Below are positions 49,342 to 57,981 of a stretch of DNA of 64,000 nucleotides, piece by piece. Every line of letters starts with the position of its first letter. The stretch's first letter is position 1. Location of the stretch: the NCBI GenBank assembly GCA_023659865.1, contig JAGXON010000005.1, forward strand, positions 1-64,000. The letters run 5' to 3'. The notes under the pieces were generated by a model. That model was not told the DNA's origin. It saw only the letters and a list, made by a program, of their open reading frames with translations, and did no database searches. Both the position numbers and the translations under genes were made by a program. Origin of the DNA: Candidatus Diapherotrites archaeon LH_S9. GTDB taxonomy: Archaea > B1Sed10-29 > WALL01 > JAGXON01.

Positions 49342-50586
49342 TTAAATTTTTTGAGCTTTTAAGCCACCAGGCATAGCAGAGACTATTTCCACTCTTACTC
49401 GCTCTCCTGGTCTTGCGTCATCTAAAAAAAGTTTTTTGTAGCCGCTGGTCCTACCGTAAAACCCTCCTTTCTTCCCTCGCCCTAAAATCACTGTATCAAG
49501 TTTTTTTCCAACAAGTCGCTCGTTTCTTTTGATAACTATTTGCCTGCATACTTTCGAAAGTTCTTTAGATCTCTTCGCTGTTCTTTTAGTTGGAACTTTC
49601 TTCATGTCCTCTGCCTCAGTGTCCGGACGAGGAAAGAACTTGGATATGTTAATAATATCAGGACGCACTCCCCTGATCATTTGCAGGGTTTCCTTGAAAT
49701 CTTTCTCTGTTTCTCCAGGAAAGCCAATTATTATGTCCGTTGAGACAGAACCAAAAGGAAATCGTTCTTTGAATGCTTCAGCTACTTCAGTGAACTCTTT
49801 TGTGCCGTGGCTTCTTCTCATTTTCTTCAGAATCTTCTCACTACCTGACTGGACAGGGACGTGCAAGAAATTGTAGAACTTATCCGAAGAAAGAACTTCA
49901 AGAAGTTCTTGCTTGAACTCGAAAGCCTTCTCTGGATTCATCATCCCGATACGAGTCCTGAAATCTCCTTTCAAACGACTTATCTCTTTCAAGAGCTCGA
50001 TCAAGTTCGTGCCAATGTCAATACCGTAGCAGCCAGTATCCTCAGCCGTTAGTCTTATCTCTTTTGCGCCTTCTTCAACAGAATCCTTTACAGAATTCAG
50101 AACATCTTTAACAGAATAGCTAGTGATATTGCCTCGAGCATTTTTGGTTCCGCAGAAAGCACAGTTCCCGACACATCCTTCAGCTACTGGAATCGTGGAA
50201 ACAAGCCCTTCTCTCTCGCAAGGCATGCGCAACTTATTATCGTGTTCTTCAGAGAACTGATCTTCTCCTGACTTAATAGCTTCAGAAAGATTGTACAAAG
50301 AATTAGTGTCAACTAAAGGAGCGTCAGTAATCTTTTTGACTGCTTTCTTGTTTATTCTTGGCAAGCAGCCACATATAACAAGATTTCGGTCCTTCAAATT
50401 TCGTATCTTGTGCAACATCCTTTGCTCGGTCTGATGCTTTACCGCACAAGTGTTCAGAATCACGATGTCAGCCCTATCAATGTCTTCAGTGAATTCAAAG
50501 CCTTCTTGCTTCAGTATCCCTTTGATTCTTTGAGAATCTGCTTGGTTCAGGCTGCATCCGTAAGTCTCTAGATGAACTTTTTTCAT
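49342..50586 (-). CDS. MiaB-like tRNA methylthiotransferase (archaeal e-MtaB/CDKAL1 type, ms2t6A37)
   Basis: MTTase N-domain with 3 Cys (ETYGCSLNQ...NTCAV...CGC), radical SAM CVGNCAFCG, C-terminal TRAM domain. Confidence 0.8.
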   Translation of the reverse strand: MKKVHLETYGCSLNQADSQRIKGILKQEGFEFTEDIDRADIVILNTCAVKHQTEQRMLHKIRNLKDRNLVICGCLPRINKKAVKKITDAPLVDTNSLYNLSEAIKSGEDQFSEEHDNKLRMPCEREGLVSTIPVAEGCVGNCAFCGTKNARGNITSYSVKDVLNSVKDSVEEGAKEIRLTAEDTGCYGIDIGTNLIELLKEISRLKGDFRTRIGMMNPEKAFEFKQELLEVLSSDKFYNFLHVPVQSGSEKILKKMRRSHGTKEFTEVAEAFKERFPFGSVSTDIIIGFPGETEKDFKETLQMIRGVRPDIINISKFFPRPDTEAEDMKKVPTKRTAKRSKELSKVCRQIVIKRNERLVGKKLDTVILGRGKKGGFYGRTSGYKKLFLDDARPGERVRVEIVSAMPGGLKAQKI

Positions 50587-51014
50587 CGCCAGGTTAATAT
50601 CTCTATTTCATCGTTATTAAGGATGTGGCCCGCCCAGTTAGCAAGGTTACCTGCAACAAAGGCCATCACAAGGAAAAGAAGTGGCATGCAAGGTGCTTTC
50701 GGGCACCAACTGAAAGATAGCAAGAGAGAAGATGCGCTCGAGATTGCTCGAGAAAGAGAATGTGCCCTCGAGCTTGCTTGAAAGACTGTTCCAATAACCG
50801 CGATTAAAGAAAAAGCTATTGGTACAAGTACAGAGTAGCCTGAATCAATCCATTTATCAAGCATGTCCGGTACCGAGAGCCCAATCAAATAGAACCCAAT
50901 AACCATGAACGAAGTTGAAATCACTAGAATGCTTGTAACGTGCATTATAGCAGCTAAAACTATCAAGCCAACTGCTGCAGGTATCAGAAACATGAAAGTT
51001 TTTTTGTAGTCCAT
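50583..51014 (-). CDS. hypothetical membrane protein
   Basis: 143 aa, 4 TM. Confidence 0.3.
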   Translation of the reverse strand: MDYKKTFMFLIPAAVGLIVLAAIMHVTSILVISTSFMVIGFYLIGLSVPDMLDKWIDSGYSVLVPIAFSLIAVIGTVFQASSRAHSLSRAISSASSLLLSFSWCPKAPCMPLLFLVMAFVAGNLANWAGHILNNDEIEILTWR

Positions 51015-51376
51015 TATTCCACCTTTACTGCTGTTCCAAAAGCAAAGATTTCTATTGCACCGCCTGCAATTCGAGTTGAACCCATTTCAACTCCTATAAC
51101 TGCATTAGCTCCTAGGTCGCGCGCGTTCTCAACCAATCTATGTATTACTTCTTGTTTTTCTTCGTTGATGGTTCTCGTGTAAACCGAGACTTCTCCACCG
51201 ATAAGTGTTCTTATAAAAGCTGATACATCGTCCGCGAATGACTTAGATTTCACGCTGGTTCCCCAGACGTATCCCTTGTACTCTTTTACTTCTTTTCCAG
51301 GTATCGAATCCGTGGAACTGATAGGAATTCCTTCCAACTCTTCTTCTTTTTCCTTCCATCTCTTTTCTTCAGCCAA
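51014..51376 (-). CDS. UPF0145/YbjQ-family protein
   Basis: GIPISSTDSIPG...YKGYVWG...ANAVIGVEM...GTAVKV, typical of YbjQ_1. Confidence 0.55.
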   Translation of the reverse strand: MAEEKRWKEKEEELEGIPISSTDSIPGKEVKEYKGYVWGTSVKSKSFADDVSAFIRTLIGGEVSVYTRTINEEKQEVIHRLVENARDLGANAVIGVEMGSTRIAGGAIEIFAFGTAVKVE

Positions 51377-51448
51377 CTAAAACACCTACAACAATTTTTA
51401 CTCACGTCTTTAATAAATTACTATCCCACAAAAATAAGAGGAGAAACC

Positions 51449-52408
51449 ATGAAAATGAACAAACCCTGGATCGAGAAATACAGGCCAAAGAAACTAGGGG
51501 ACGTAGTTGGACAAGAAGAAGTTGTTGAAAGACTGAAAGTTTACGCTGAAAAAAAGACAATGCCTTCACTGCTTTTCTCAGGAAGAGCCGGTATAGGAAA
51601 AACCGCTTGTGCTCTAGCGTTAGCTCACGAGATGTATGGCGAAGATTACAGGAGAAACTTCCTTGAATTAAACGCTTCAGACGAAAGAGGAATAGACGTG
51701 ATCCGGGATAAGATCAAAGACTATGCATCAACACTGCCCTACGGTGACGTGTCCTTCAAGATAATCTTTCTCGACGAAGCTGATTCACTAACGAAAGACG
51801 CTCAGAACGCTTTAAGAAGAACAATGGAGAAGTACTCGAACACCTGCAGGTTCATTTTAAGCTGTAACTATCCATCAAAAATAATTGAGCCTATCCAAAG
51901 CAGGTGCGCGATATTCAAGCTTGCACCACTCACAGAAGAAAACATCATTAAAAGAATGAAGCACATAGCAGACCAAGAAGATCTGAACATAACCAAAGAC
52001 GCCTACAAAACGGTTGCCTACGTTTCTGACGGAGACATGAGAAAAGCAATAAACACGCTTCAAGTCAGCGCAACACTAACCAGCGACATAAGCGAGGACA
52101 CAGTCTACAAAGTCGCCTCGAAGGCAAGGCCGGAAGAAGTCAAAGGAATGATTGAAGACGCGGCGAACGGGAAGTACATGGATGCCCGTAAAAAACTTCA
52201 GTCGCTACTTTACGACTACAATCTTTCCGGAGAAGACATCATCAAACAAATATTCAGCGAAACGATGAAGATGGACATAGAGGACAAAGAAAAAGTCCGT
52301 ATAGTGAAAGAAATCGGAGAAACAGACTTCAGGATAAGCGAGGGAGCAACCGACAGAGTCCAACTAGAGGAACTTTTAGCGCAGTTAACCAGCCTGAAAA
52401 GCGAATAA
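51449..52408 (+). CDS. rfcS: replication factor C small subunit
   Basis: PWIEKYRPKKLGDVVGQEE, Walker A (variant GRAGIGKT), DEADS box, SRC motif; 319 aa. Confidence 0.8.
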   Translation: MKMNKPWIEKYRPKKLGDVVGQEEVVERLKVYAEKKTMPSLLFSGRAGIGKTACALALAHEMYGEDYRRNFLELNASDERGIDVIRDKIKDYASTLPYGDVSFKIIFLDEADSLTKDAQNALRRTMEKYSNTCRFILSCNYPSKIIEPIQSRCAIFKLAPLTEENIIKRMKHIADQEDLNITKDAYKTVAYVSDGDMRKAINTLQVSATLTSDISEDTVYKVASKARPEEVKGMIEDAANGKYMDARKKLQSLLYDYNLSGEDIIKQIFSETMKMDIEDKEKVRIVKEIGETDFRISEGATDRVQLEELLAQLTSLKSE

Positions 52409-52965
52409 TGAACTTCTCAGAGCTCAAGCAAAGCCTTCTCGAAAAACTAGACGAAGAAGGATGGGACAAACCCGTTGAACCGTATCTAGACATGATTAAC
52501 ACCACTGACAAGTGCGTGACATCCAGCTCGTGCTACGGAAGAATCGTTCTCCTGAACAAACCCTCTGAATCAAAGAAAGCAGCCAGCTTCGAAGGAAAAT
52601 GGCACAGAAAAGTAAACAAGGAAGAAGTCCTGAACTCTCCACGGAAAAAAGAAGGAACCAGCTGGTTCAAAGTAGACCCACTGATTCTGCACATCTCATG
52701 CAAAGACATTGAAACCACGAAAAAAGTTCTGAAAGCAAAGAGTAAAGCAGGAATAAAAAGAGGGGGAGTATTCCACATAGCTCCTGAGAGAATACAGATA
52801 GAGGTAATTGGAACACAGAAAATGGAGCTACCGATATACAAGAACGATTTACTGGTTAGCAAAAAGTATGTGGACACGGTTATTCAGGAAGCGAACAACA
52901 AATTCGACAGGAACAAAGAACAGTGGGAAAGATTCAGAAAAGCTTGGAAGGAAGTGTTTGAGTGA
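52408..52965 (+). CDS. Taw3/TYW3-like protein (wyosine-pathway methyltransferase family)
   Basis: TSSSCYGRI motif and ~185-aa size match my recollection of the TYW3 family; not certain. Confidence 0.4.
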   Translation: MNFSELKQSLLEKLDEEGWDKPVEPYLDMINTTDKCVTSSSCYGRIVLLNKPSESKKAASFEGKWHRKVNKEEVLNSPRKKEGTSWFKVDPLILHISCKDIETTKKVLKAKSKAGIKRGGVFHIAPERIQIEVIGTQKMELPIYKNDLLVSKKYVDTVIQEANNKFDRNKEQWERFRKAWKEVFE

Positions 52966-53615
52966 ATAAAGAGAAAAGTTTTTTCTTGCTTGGAGTAGCT
53001 CACGTTTCGGAAAAAAGCAAGGAAGACGTGCGGAAAACAATAGAAGAAATCGACCCGGACTCAGTTGCAGTTGAACTTGACTTCAATAGATACATAGCTC
53101 TTAAGCGGAATCTGAAGCCTAAAAAAAGAGGTTACTCACTGTTAGGTTTCATTCTGTCAAAAATGCAGGAAAAAATCGGTAAAGACAGAAATATCCAGCC
53201 CGGAAAAGAAATGCAGTTAGCCGTAGACCTAGCGAAAGAAAAAAGCAAAAAAGTCGTTTTTGCGGACAAGAACCCAAAAAAATACATCGACAGAGTCTGG
53301 GAAGAAATGACATTGAAAGAAAAACTCAGGTTCATCAAAGCACTGCTAGCAGGATTCTTCCTACAAGAAGACATAACTGAAGAAGAAATAGAAGAAATGC
53401 GAGACGAGAAAAAAGCAACGGAACTAGTTCAAGAGTTCGGCGAAGAGTTCCCAACCCTGAAAAAAATCCTTGTCGACAAAAGAAATGACTACATCTCAAA
53501 AAAAATAAAGAGTTCGCCAGGAAAAAAAGTTCTTGCAATACTCGGATCCGGCCACATAGACGGGATAAAGTCACGTCTTGAATCTGAGAAGAGCGCACAC
53601 ACCGAAGTTCTCTAG
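52962..53615 (+). CDS. TraB/PrgY-family protein
   Basis: N-terminus LLGVAHVSEKSKEDVRKTIEEIDPDSVAVELD matches the TraB-family signature (GTAHVS...PD.VAVEL). Confidence 0.5.
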   Translation: MNKEKSFFLLGVAHVSEKSKEDVRKTIEEIDPDSVAVELDFNRYIALKRNLKPKKRGYSLLGFILSKMQEKIGKDRNIQPGKEMQLAVDLAKEKSKKVVFADKNPKKYIDRVWEEMTLKEKLRFIKALLAGFFLQEDITEEEIEEMRDEKKATELVQEFGEEFPTLKKILVDKRNDYISKKIKSSPGKKVLAILGSGHIDGIKSRLESEKSAHTEVL

Positions 53616-54608
53616 TTTCTTTCCTGACTCGTGTTCGCCTGAAATAACGTGAGATTCTCCTCCATTCCCCCGTACCCTGTCCATCATTTCTTCAGCCTCT
53701 TCCCTGTTCTTGTTAAACCATTTCTCGGACAAGAGCAAGGTCTTCACTGCACCGTACTCGATCGCTTTCTCCACCTCGTCTTTTCCGTAAGCTGCAAGAT
53801 TTTCTTTTCCAACCTGCTTCAAGAACTTTTCAACGAGCTTCGTTTCTCTCGCTATCTTAGCGTTCTCCAGAATCTCGCCAACCCGCTCTTTCTTCAGCAC
53901 CTCCTGAATTCCAGTGCTGCCGGCAGAGCCAGTGTCCTGAAAAACCAGTTTCTCGAAAACCTCAGGATAATCCCCTTTGCAGTACTCCTTGAAATTGTTT
54001 TTAGTGAATCCCGGACCGCCAACAACAACCTTCTTGGTGTCAAAACGCGATAAAACATCAGCAACATCCTGAAAATAATTAGGTTGCCAGTCCTTGCTCC
54101 CGTACATTTTTCCGGACTTGCCTGATCTGATGGTCGTGGTTCTGTCAAGCCCGTACGGCCTGAGCAAAGCAATCTGGGTTTCTTCGTCATCCATCGCAGC
54201 GATAACAAGTTTTGGTTGCTTGGATGCTTCTACAGCTTCCGTGAGCAAATCTTTATCTCTCTGAGTCCATTTTTCTTTGAAGATCTTTATCTTGTCGCCT
54301 GCAGAGAAATTGATGGTGTGGTGAACACCAGTAGGACAGTACTTCTCGGGCCGAGCCTCCTTAATAGTCCCGAGCACGCGAAGGTTGTTTGAGTACTCGT
54401 GGAACTCTGTTTTATCGACCTCGAGCTTCACGTAAACTTTCTTTCTCTCGACATTGCCTCCTTCGCTCTCGAATTTCCGGGAAGTTGTACCACTAACGAG
54501 ATCTTCTTCCGCCACGACTTTGTTCAAGTACCATAAGTCCTCCAGAGTCTGAGGAAGAACGATTACTTCTCCAGAAGAATAATCTTTTTTAAATATCCTC
54601 ATGAACAA
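53571..54608 (-). CDS. pelA: Pelota/Dom34 (aRF1-like ribosome-rescue factor)
   Basis: Three-domain eRF1-like layout, 345 aa; divergently adjacent to ABCE1. Confidence 0.7.
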   Translation of the reverse strand: MFMRIFKKDYSSGEVIVLPQTLEDLWYLNKVVAEEDLVSGTTSRKFESEGGNVERKKVYVKLEVDKTEFHEYSNNLRVLGTIKEARPEKYCPTGVHHTINFSAGDKIKIFKEKWTQRDKDLLTEAVEASKQPKLVIAAMDDEETQIALLRPYGLDRTTTIRSGKSGKMYGSKDWQPNYFQDVADVLSRFDTKKVVVGGPGFTKNNFKEYCKGDYPEVFEKLVFQDTGSAGSTGIQEVLKKERVGEILENAKIARETKLVEKFLKQVGKENLAAYGKDEVEKAIEYGAVKTLLLSEKWFNKNREEAEEMMDRVRGNGGESHVISGEHESGKKLENFGVCALLRFKT

Positions 54609-54648
54609 TTATTTTAATCAAAAAAGAGATTAATAAGGATGGCGGAAC

Positions 54649-56406
54649 ATGAGCAAACAAACAATAGCGGTTCTTGACAGAGACAAATGCGTTGCAGGAA
54701 AGAAATGCAGTTACGAGTGCATAAACTTCAATCCTGGCGTCAGAATGGGGAAAGAAACCGTTGTAAAAGGAGAAGACGGTTACCCTGAATTCGATGAAGA
54801 AGATTGTATAGGCTGCGAAATAAGCGCAAAAAAATGTCCTTTCGACGCAGTGGATATAGTTAACAAACCGCAGGAACTGGACAGACCCGTGCACCAATAC
54901 GGAAAAAACAGTTTCAGACTGTACAGGCTGCCAGTACCCTTAGAAGAAAGCGTTGTAGGCATCATCGGACCGAACGGGATAGGTAAAACCACTGCACTGA
55001 AAGTTCTTTCCGGTGAGATAACACCGAACCTCGGAGAACTCGAGAAAACCGTTGATCTCAAGGAAGCCATCCAGTACTACAGAGGAAAAGAAATCCAGAA
55101 ACACCTCGAAGAACTCAAGGAAAAAGACGTGAAAGTAGCTATTAAGCCACAGACCGTGAACAAGCTACCGAAAATGTTCGAAGGAAAAGTAAAAGAACTT
55201 CTTGAGAAAACAGAACAAAAAAACAATCTGAAGGAAGTAATCCAGAAACTCGAGCTAGAAGAAATACTTGAACGCGATCTCGGAAGCGTGAGTGGAGGAG
55301 AACTGCAAAAAATCGCTATAGCTGCCACTCTTATAAAAGAAGCGGACCTGTACTGTTTTGACGAGCCAACCAGCTTCCTGGACGTCAAGCAAAGACTGAA
55401 AGTAGCTCGAGTCATCCGCGAACTAGCTGAAAACAATAAAGTCATAGTTGTTGAACACGATCTTGGAGTCGTCGACTACTTGAGCGACTACACGCAAGTC
55501 GTTTACGGGAAAAAAGGAACCTACGGAGTTTTCTCGAACGTAAAAAGCTCTAGAGAAGGAATCAATCAGTTCCTGGAAGGCTACCTCACCGACGAAAACA
55601 TCAGATTCAGAAAAGAAAGCATCACATTTGAGACAAGACCTCCAAGCAAGCCAGTGAAATCAAAAGAAAAAACAGATTACCCTGAATTCACAAAGAAATA
55701 CCCCGGATTCCAATTAGACGTAGAAGAAGGAGAACTAAGGAACGGGGAAGTCATAGGAATACTTGGGCCGAACGCAATAGGGAAAACAACTTTCATAAAA
55801 GTTCTTGCAGGCGAGGAAGACCCCGACATCAAGCTGGATAAAAAAATCTCTTACAAGCCCCAGTACCTGAAAATGAAGTCCAAGAAAACCGTGAAACAGC
55901 TCGTTAACTCGCAGGAAATACTTGAACAAGTGTTCGACCTCAGAATAAAAAAATTCATCGAAGACCTCTACGAAAAAAACATCAATAACTTAAGCGGAGG
56001 AGAACTACAAAGAGTAGCAATTGCTTTAGCACTGGCCAGACCATCAGACGTGTGCCTGTTAGACGAACCGAGCGCATTCCTCGACGTCGAAAGAAGAGTT
56101 GAAGCAAGCAAACTCATAAGAAAAGTTAGCACGGACCGAGAAATAACAACGCTAGTAGTCGACCACGACATAACTCTCGTAGACCACGTTTCAGATCGTT
56201 TAATGATTTTTGAAGGAAAACCAGGAACGAAAGGAAAAGCTCGCTCGCCAGTACCAATGGAAAAAGGCATGAACAAGTTCCTGGAAAAAATGGACATCAC
56301 ATTCAGGAGAGACCCCCAAACCGGAAGGCCAAGAGCCAACAAACCAGGCTCCAGAAAAGACAGGGAGCAAAAAAAGAACAGGAATTACTTCTATGCAAGC
56401 AATTGA
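54649..56406 (+). CDS. abcE1: ABCE1/RLI ribosome-recycling ATPase (N-terminal 2x[4Fe-4S] domain plus twin ABC cassettes)
   Basis: Cys-rich ferredoxin-like N-domain (CxxCxxC..C), two Walker A (GPNGIGKTT / GPNAIGKTT), two LSGGELQ signatures. Confidence 0.9.
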   Translation: MSKQTIAVLDRDKCVAGKKCSYECINFNPGVRMGKETVVKGEDGYPEFDEEDCIGCEISAKKCPFDAVDIVNKPQELDRPVHQYGKNSFRLYRLPVPLEESVVGIIGPNGIGKTTALKVLSGEITPNLGELEKTVDLKEAIQYYRGKEIQKHLEELKEKDVKVAIKPQTVNKLPKMFEGKVKELLEKTEQKNNLKEVIQKLELEEILERDLGSVSGGELQKIAIAATLIKEADLYCFDEPTSFLDVKQRLKVARVIRELAENNKVIVVEHDLGVVDYLSDYTQVVYGKKGTYGVFSNVKSSREGINQFLEGYLTDENIRFRKESITFETRPPSKPVKSKEKTDYPEFTKKYPGFQLDVEEGELRNGEVIGILGPNAIGKTTFIKVLAGEEDPDIKLDKKISYKPQYLKMKSKKTVKQLVNSQEILEQVFDLRIKKFIEDLYEKNINNLSGGELQRVAIALALARPSDVCLLDEPSAFLDVERRVEASKLIRKVSTDREITTLVVDHDITLVDHVSDRLMIFEGKPGTKGKARSPVPMEKGMNKFLEKMDITFRRDPQTGRPRANKPGSRKDREQKKNRNYFYASN

Positions 56407-57520
56407 AAAACCCGAGTACAAGAACCTCGTGACATTCACACCGAACAAGAAAACGCCCGTGTACAACTGGCTGTACTACAAAGAAGGATACTCACGAGAA
56501 CTCGCACTAGACCTTTTAGAATATCTGGATGAGCCTGTGCTAGACCCTTTCTGCGGTTCAGGAACCACTTTACTCGCCTGCCAAGAGAAAGGCCTAGAGA
56601 GCACTGGAACAGACAAACTACCTCTAGCAGTTTTTGCATCAAGAGTTAAAACCCGATACTACTCAAGGCAAGAACAGGATAAAGCTAGCGAAAAGCTTGA
56701 AGAAGTTATGGAAGGATCAGAACCCATGCTTGATCAGAAGTACTCCTCAAAAACCAGGAAAGCATTCGACAAACCCGTCCTGAAGAAAATAATTGGTTAC
56801 AGGAACCAGTTAGTAGAAACAGAAAACCAAAAAATACGTGATTTTCTTCTGCTAGCGCTCATAAACGCTTCGATGAAATCCAGTTACGCCTGGAAAGACG
56901 GAGCAGTAGTCAAAATAAAGAAAAGACCTGTTCCACCAATAGAAAAAAGCTTTAGAAGACAAGTAAAAATAATGAAGCAACATCTGAAAAAGCTTGACAG
57001 GGAAAAAGTTAAGACAAAAGTTCTGAAGAAAGACGCTAGAGACACTGAAATACCAGACGAATCTATTGGAGGCGTTATGACCTCGCCACCATACTTGAAC
57101 AAGATAGATTACACAACCGCATACAATATAGAGCAAGAGCTCTTTTTCCAGGAAAAAGGAGACAATTTGATCCGAAGTTTCTTTGGAATAGAAAAAGAAC
57201 CGGAAAGAGATTCAGACGTGACCGAACTCCTGGACGACAACCCGCCACTAGAAGCTTTAGCTTACTTTAACGACATGAAAAAATTTTTGAAAGAACTGAA
57301 GCGCGTTACGAAGTCATCAGCTCAAGCAGCAGTAGTCATCGGTGGCGGATGCTTTCCCGAAAACGTGATCCAGTCAGACGAAGTAATAGCAAAACTAGCT
57401 CAGAAAATCGGTTTCCATGCACCAGAAATCTGGATTGCAAGGCACGTGAACTGCATGAAGAACAGAACACAAAAAGTAGGAGAAACACGCGAAAGCATAG
57501 TCTGGCTAAGAAAAACGTGA
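56393..57520 (+). CDS. SAM-dependent methyltransferase with amino-methyltransferase motifs (DPFCGSGTT ... SPPY); DNA N6A/N4C or RNA m2G, substrate unresolved
   Basis: Motif I at about aa 50 and motif IV TSPPYLNKIDY at about aa 225; start overlaps the abcE1 3' end by 14 nt. Confidence 0.5.
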   Translation: MQAIEKPEYKNLVTFTPNKKTPVYNWLYYKEGYSRELALDLLEYLDEPVLDPFCGSGTTLLACQEKGLESTGTDKLPLAVFASRVKTRYYSRQEQDKASEKLEEVMEGSEPMLDQKYSSKTRKAFDKPVLKKIIGYRNQLVETENQKIRDFLLLALINASMKSSYAWKDGAVVKIKKRPVPPIEKSFRRQVKIMKQHLKKLDREKVKTKVLKKDARDTEIPDESIGGVMTSPPYLNKIDYTTAYNIEQELFFQEKGDNLIRSFFGIEKEPERDSDVTELLDDNPPLEALAYFNDMKKFLKELKRVTKSSAQAAVVIGGGCFPENVIQSDEVIAKLAQKIGFHAPEIWIARHVNCMKNRTQKVGETRESIVWLRKT

Positions 57521-57585
57521 ACTACCCACCGCCAAAATCAAAGATTTTGGAAGCGGACTTCCTGGCTACAAAAAAGGTTAAAAAT
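57515..57585. repeat. hairpin repeat copy C (GTGAACTACCCACCGCCAAAATCAAAGATTTTGGAAGCGGACTTCCTGGCTACAAAAAAGGTTAAAAAT)
   Basis: Shares the left flank with copy A and the right flank (GGACTTCYTGGC...GGTTAAAAA) with copy B; begins within the methyltransferase stop codon; 50 nt upstream of the next ATG. Confidence 0.6.
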
Positions 57586-57606
57586 AATCAAAAACAAAGA
57601 AATAAC

Positions 57607-57981
57607 ATGTTCACCGAAGAAATTAAAGGAAAAGAAGTCATAGACAAAGACGGAAACGCAATAGGAATCGTCAAAGACCTCATGATAACACGCATAGGAA
57701 GAGTAACACATCTCGTTCTAACTCCAGCAGGCCTCATAGAAAAAATAAAAGGAAAGGAGTACTTGATAGAATTTCAGTACGTTGGAGCAATCGAAGACGT
57801 TGTAATGCTAACCGAAACAAATGAAGAAATCGATGAAGAGAAAAAAGAACTCGAAAGAGGGAAAAAAACAAAAGAAAAAAGCTCCGAACAAACAGAAAGA
57901 GAGTATAAATGCCCAGAATGCGAAAAAACCTTTTCAACAGAAAAAGGACTGCACATACACCAAGGAGAAGTACATAAATGA
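57607..57981 (+). CDS. PRC-barrel domain protein with a C-terminal classical C2H2 zinc finger
   Basis: N-terminal KGKEVIDKDGNAIGIVKDLMITRIG (PRC-barrel-like); C-terminal YKCPECEKTFSTEKGLHIHQGEVH = Y-x-C-x2-C-x3-F-x5-L-x2-H-x4-H. Confidence 0.5.
   Translation: MFTEEIKGKEVIDKDGNAIGIVKDLMITRIGRVTHLVLTPAGLIEKIKGKEYLIEFQYVGAIEDVVMLTETNEEIDEEKKELERGKKTKEKSSEQTEREYKCPECEKTFSTEKGLHIHQGEVHK

Noticed and set aside
57349-57606. N-terminal 86 codons of ORF 57349..57981
   Set aside because: They overlap the methyltransferase gene in another frame and run across hairpin repeat C. The PRC-barrel homology begins at the Met at 57607, which is preceded by an A-rich leader.
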